Of a stretch of DNA of 18,398 bases, positions 15,642-18,398 are shown one piece after another. The notes under the pieces were generated by a model. The model did no database searches, was not told the origin of the DNA, and saw nothing but the letters and a program-made list of their open reading frames with translations. The stretch covers positions 1-18,398 of the forward strand of contig JAYUVP010000047.1 of assembly GCA_043753995.1 (NCBI GenBank), read 5' to 3'. The position numbers were made by a program, and so were the translations under genes. Position 1 is the stretch's first letter. Each line of letters opens with the position of its first letter. Source of the stretch: Fibrobacterota bacterium. GTDB taxonomy: Bacteria > Fibrobacterota > Fibrobacteria > UBA11236.

Positions 15642-17126
15642 TCAATCGGGAATTTCGCGGGTCCATCCTCGACTGCGCTTCACGGCGGCCTGCCAACCTG
15701 CGAGGACTTTTTTGCGCTGCGCCGCCGACCCATGAGGCTTGTAACGGAGTTGCGGCCAAGACATGGCGCGCAATTGCTTCAGGGAGATGAGTCCTGCGCC
15801 GACTGCCGCCAGCATGGCGGCGCCGAGCGCCGTCATTTCCGGCTGCTCGCTGGCCTCGACGGTCACGCCGAGAATGTCGGCTTGGAATTGCATCAAAAAT
15901 CGATTGCGCGAGGCTCCTCCGTCGGTGCGCAAAAGGCGTATGCCCTGCTTGCCGAAAGCCTGAACGAGGTCGGCGCTTTGATAGGCGATGGCTTCCAGCG
16001 CGGCGCGGGCAATATGGGCGCGTCCCGTTCCGCGGGTCAATCCGATGAGCAGGCCGCGCGCTTCCGCATCCCAATGGGGAGTTCCCAAACCCGCGAAGGC
16101 GGGCACGAAATACACTCCGTCATTGCCTTTTAGCGATTGCGCCAGGGATTCGCTTTCCTCAGCATTGGCGATGAGTCCGAGACTATCGCGCAAATATTGA
16201 ATCGCGGCGCCGCCTATCATCACCGCGCCTTCATGGGCATAAGCCACCTGGTCTTGAACCTGCCAAGCCACGGTGGTGAGCAGTCCCTTGGGGGGAGCCA
16301 GCGGCTTGTCGCCGATTTGCCGCAACAGAAAGCAACCGGTGCCATAGGTGTTTTTGGCTTCTCCCGGAGAGAAACAGCGATGGCCAAACAGGGCGGATTG
16401 CTGGTCGCCAATCATGCCGCAAATCGGAACGCCCTTGAGAAAGGGCAAATCGGTGACACCGAAGACATGGTCGGAGGCGAGCACTTCGGGCAAGCTTTCA
16501 AGCGGTATGCCGAAGAGTTTCAGCAATTCGCTATCCCAAGCCAAGGTGCGGAGGTTGAGTAGGGCTGTGCGCGAGGCATTGCTCACATCCGTAGCATGCT
16601 GGGCTCCACCCGTGAGTCGATGCAGAAGCCAACTATCGATGGTACCCAAGGCCAGAGTTTTGGCTTTGGCTGCGGCTTTTACCGCCGGGTTGTGCTTGAG
16701 CAGCCAGGCCATTTTGGTGGCTGAAAAATAGGGGTCGAAGAGCAGGCCGGTTTTGCGTCGCAGGCTTGCTTCCAGTCCGCGACGGCGGAAGCCTTGGCAA
16801 ATATCGGCGGTGCGCCGATCTTGCCAGACAATGGCCTTAGCCAAGGCCCGACCGGTGTTTTTATCCCAAGCCACCACGGTTTCGCGTTGATTGGTAATGC
16901 CGATGGCGCCGAATTCCTTGGCGGAAAGCCCGCTTTGCGTCACCACTTGCTTCAGGGTTTCGCATTGTGTCTGCCAAATTTCCTCAGCATCGTGTTCGAC
17001 CCAACCCGGTTTGGGATAGTGCTGGGATATTTCTTTTTGCGCCGAGGTCAAAACCTGAAAGCTCGAGTCAAAAAGCAAGGTACGCGAGCTTGTGGTTCCT
17101 TGGTCAATGGCGAGAATGGGTTTCAT
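15642..17126 (-). CDS. glpK: Glycerol kinase
   Basis: AIDQGTTSSR, GITNQRET, WQDRRT, YFSATK, TDVSNASRT, GDQQSALFG, KNTYGTGCF, DGGA..N.FLMQFQADIL. Confidence 0.97.
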   Translation of the reverse strand: MKPILAIDQGTTSSRTLLFDSSFQVLTSAQKEISQHYPKPGWVEHDAEEIWQTQCETLKQVVTQSGLSAKEFGAIGITNQRETVVAWDKNTGRALAKAIVWQDRRTADICQGFRRRGLEASLRRKTGLLFDPYFSATKMAWLLKHNPAVKAAAKAKTLALGTIDSWLLHRLTGGAQHATDVSNASRTALLNLRTLAWDSELLKLFGIPLESLPEVLASDHVFGVTDLPFLKGVPICGMIGDQQSALFGHRCFSPGEAKNTYGTGCFLLRQIGDKPLAPPKGLLTTVAWQVQDQVAYAHEGAVMIGGAAIQYLRDSLGLIANAEESESLAQSLKGNDGVYFVPAFAGLGTPHWDAEARGLLIGLTRGTGRAHIARAALEAIAYQSADLVQAFGKQGIRLLRTDGGASRNRFLMQFQADILGVTVEASEQPEMTALGAAMLAAVGAGLISLKQLRAMSWPQLRYKPHGSAAQRKKVLAGWQAAVKRSRGWTREIPD

Positions 17127-17716
17127 GCTTTTTCTGATTTTTCACTAGGCTTCGCATCGGGATATTGCGGCGCTGATTTTCCGAGCATGCCTTTTTTGCG
17201 ATATCCCCAATACATAGCCAGTCCGATAGGGATGGAAACCACTCCCACCCAAAACAAGGCCTTGCTTATGAGAGGCAAGTTTTTGAGCACCGCCGTGAAA
17301 ACGATGGCGAAGAGCAGCAAAGTCGCTATTTCATTCAGCACACGGTACTGCACCGAGGTCAGCAGGGAATGGCCCTTGGCCAATTCCTTGCGTATCCGCG
17401 AAGTGAAACCGTGATAACCGAAAAGCAAAAACAAAAAGACCAGCTTGAGATGAAACCAGGGCTGGTGCCAGGCCTGAACCAGAATCATCAGCCATACCCC
17501 GAAGACCACGGTCATAGTCATGGCCGGCGTGATGATGGCCAGGGAGAGGCGCCTTTCCAGCAGGGAAAACGTTTCGTGTAAAATGCGGCGATCCGGATCG
17601 GCCTTTTCAAAGGCTTCGGCATGATAGGCGAAGAGGCGGACCAAGTAAAACATGCCCGCGAACCAGGCGACCATGGAAATGAGGTGCAAAGCTTTGATGT
17701 AGAGATAGGCTGACAT
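17123..17716 (-). CDS. hemJ: Protoporphyrinogen IX oxidase HemJ
   Basis: IKALHLISMVAWFAGMFYLVRLFAYH, ERRL..IITPAM, WFHLKL, YRVLNE; several TM helices; ATGA overlap with glpK. Confidence 0.9.
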   Translation of the reverse strand: MSAYLYIKALHLISMVAWFAGMFYLVRLFAYHAEAFEKADPDRRILHETFSLLERRLSLAIITPAMTMTVVFGVWLMILVQAWHQPWFHLKLVFLFLLFGYHGFTSRIRKELAKGHSLLTSVQYRVLNEIATLLLFAIVFTAVLKNLPLISKALFWVGVVSIPIGLAMYWGYRKKGMLGKSAPQYPDAKPSEKSEKA

Positions 17717-17723
17717 AGGTGAA

Positions 17724-17729
17724 AAGATA
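17724..17729 (-). promoter_or_regulatory. Putative -10 element (TATCTT), 7 nt before the hemJ ATG
   Basis: Minus strand TATCTT-ttcacct-ATG; no SD. Confidence 0.5.
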
Positions 17730-17749
17730 AGGAAGAGAAGGGAGGCGCA

Positions 17750-17784
17750 ATAATATTATACTTGTAATATTACATTCATAATGT
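17750..17784. promoter_or_regulatory. Tandem palindromes (candidate operator) in the hemJ / hydrolase divergent intergenic region
   Basis: ATAATATTAT (17750-17759), TGTAATATTACA (17763-17774), ACATT-N3-AATGT (17772-17784). Confidence 0.5.
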
Positions 17785-17795
17785 GAGGTATTAAG

Positions 17796-18398
17796 ATGCG
17801 TATTTCAATGGTTTTTAAGGCTCTTGCTTGCTGCTTCTCGTTTGTATCGGCCTATGAAGCGGGTCACCTTCGAATTGCAGCTGCCGATTTCACCGGACAT
17901 GTCTGGTATCCCACCGAAGAAATCAATGGACTGAAATCACAACGCTATCTCCCTCTGCCATTCACCCAAAAAGTCCGAGTGGTCGAAAATGCGGCAAGAC
18001 CACGAGGCAAACGATTTCCTGTCGTTCTTGTTTCCCATGGGATATTAGGTCGTGAGACTTCGTATTCCTGGCTTGAGGTGGATTTGGCGCGACGCGGCTA
18101 TATCGTCATCGCCCCTCACCATGCGGATCAAAGCCGCGAAGATTTCCAGGAAGGCGAGCTCTTTCGTCTTTGGAGACGACCGCAAACCATAACCAAAGCC
18201 CTAGACTGGGCGCTAAACGGTCAGGTTTTTAAGGAAAGCGCGTCACCCCGGGAGATTTATTTCATAGGCCATAGTGTCGGCGGGCAAACGGGTTTATGGC
18301 TTGCAGGCCTGCCCTTTGACATTCGGCAAGTCCTAGAAACCGCAGAAAACAGTCCGTCTGAAAACAACCTGTCTAAGAGAATGAGAGCGGCTTATGCC
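17796..18398 (+). CDS. Secreted alpha/beta hydrolase (predicted dienelactone hydrolase / PAF-acetylhydrolase-like), partial
   Basis: Not in the ORF track. GAGGT RBS at 17785-17789, ATG 17796, open for 201 codons to the window end: MRISMVFKALACCFSFVSA..VWYP..FPVVLVSHG..LARRGYIVIAPHH..RP..IGHSVGG (GxSxG nucleophile elbow). Confidence 0.88.
   Translation, partial: MRISMVFKALACCFSFVSAYEAGHLRIAAADFTGHVWYPTEEINGLKSQRYLPLPFTQKVRVVENAARPRGKRFPVVLVSHGILGRETSYSWLEVDLARRGYIVIAPHHADQSREDFQEGELFRLWRRPQTITKALDWALNGQVFKESASPREIYFIGHSVGGQTGLWLAGLPFDIRQVLETAENSPSENNLSKRMRAAYA

Noticed and set aside
15466..17414. Alternative-frame and antisense ORFs (202 aa, 206 aa and others) over glpK/hemJ
   Set aside because: They overlap confidently identified genes and show no recognisable motifs.
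1..18398. CRISPR array, tRNA/rRNA, IS/transposase, integrase or prophage
   Set aside because: No regularly spaced nucleotide repeats, RNA-gene signatures or mobility-protein motifs were seen; nearly all of the sequence is accounted for by CDSs.

Overview
Bacterial chromosomal window with no RNA genes, CRISPR array or mobile elements detected. The lineage is probably FCB group, possibly Fibrobacterota-like; this is inferred from the surface-protein architecture only. Left to right: (1) two large secreted beta-sandwich repeat proteins on the minus strand, an Ig/PKD/He_PIG protein running off the left edge (absent from the ORF track) and a ~1245-aa protein with 7 Fn3-associated/CHB_HEX_C-like repeats; (2) a small conserved HG/SGCS-motif protein and thiD; (3) a minus-strand run of Hpt protein, response regulator with a Cys/His C-terminal domain, MoxR AAA+ ATPase, a translationally coupled 613-aa uncharacterised partner and a sensor-less hybrid histidine kinase; (4) a divergent NarL-type regulator and trxB; (5) hemJ-glpK and a CgeB-like glycosyltransferase; (6) a partial alpha/beta hydrolase at the right edge. 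Best candidate for an undescribed system: the two-gene MoxR module, whose partner looks like a YehM-like domain fused to a YehP/vWA-like domain with degenerate metal sites, lying between phosphorelay genes. Also notable: strong enrichment of Bacteroidota-type O-glycosylation sequons in the large surface protein, a recurring leaderless-promoter signature (TANNNT 6-7 nt before the start codon in five genes), and motifs shared upstream of the two surface-protein genes.
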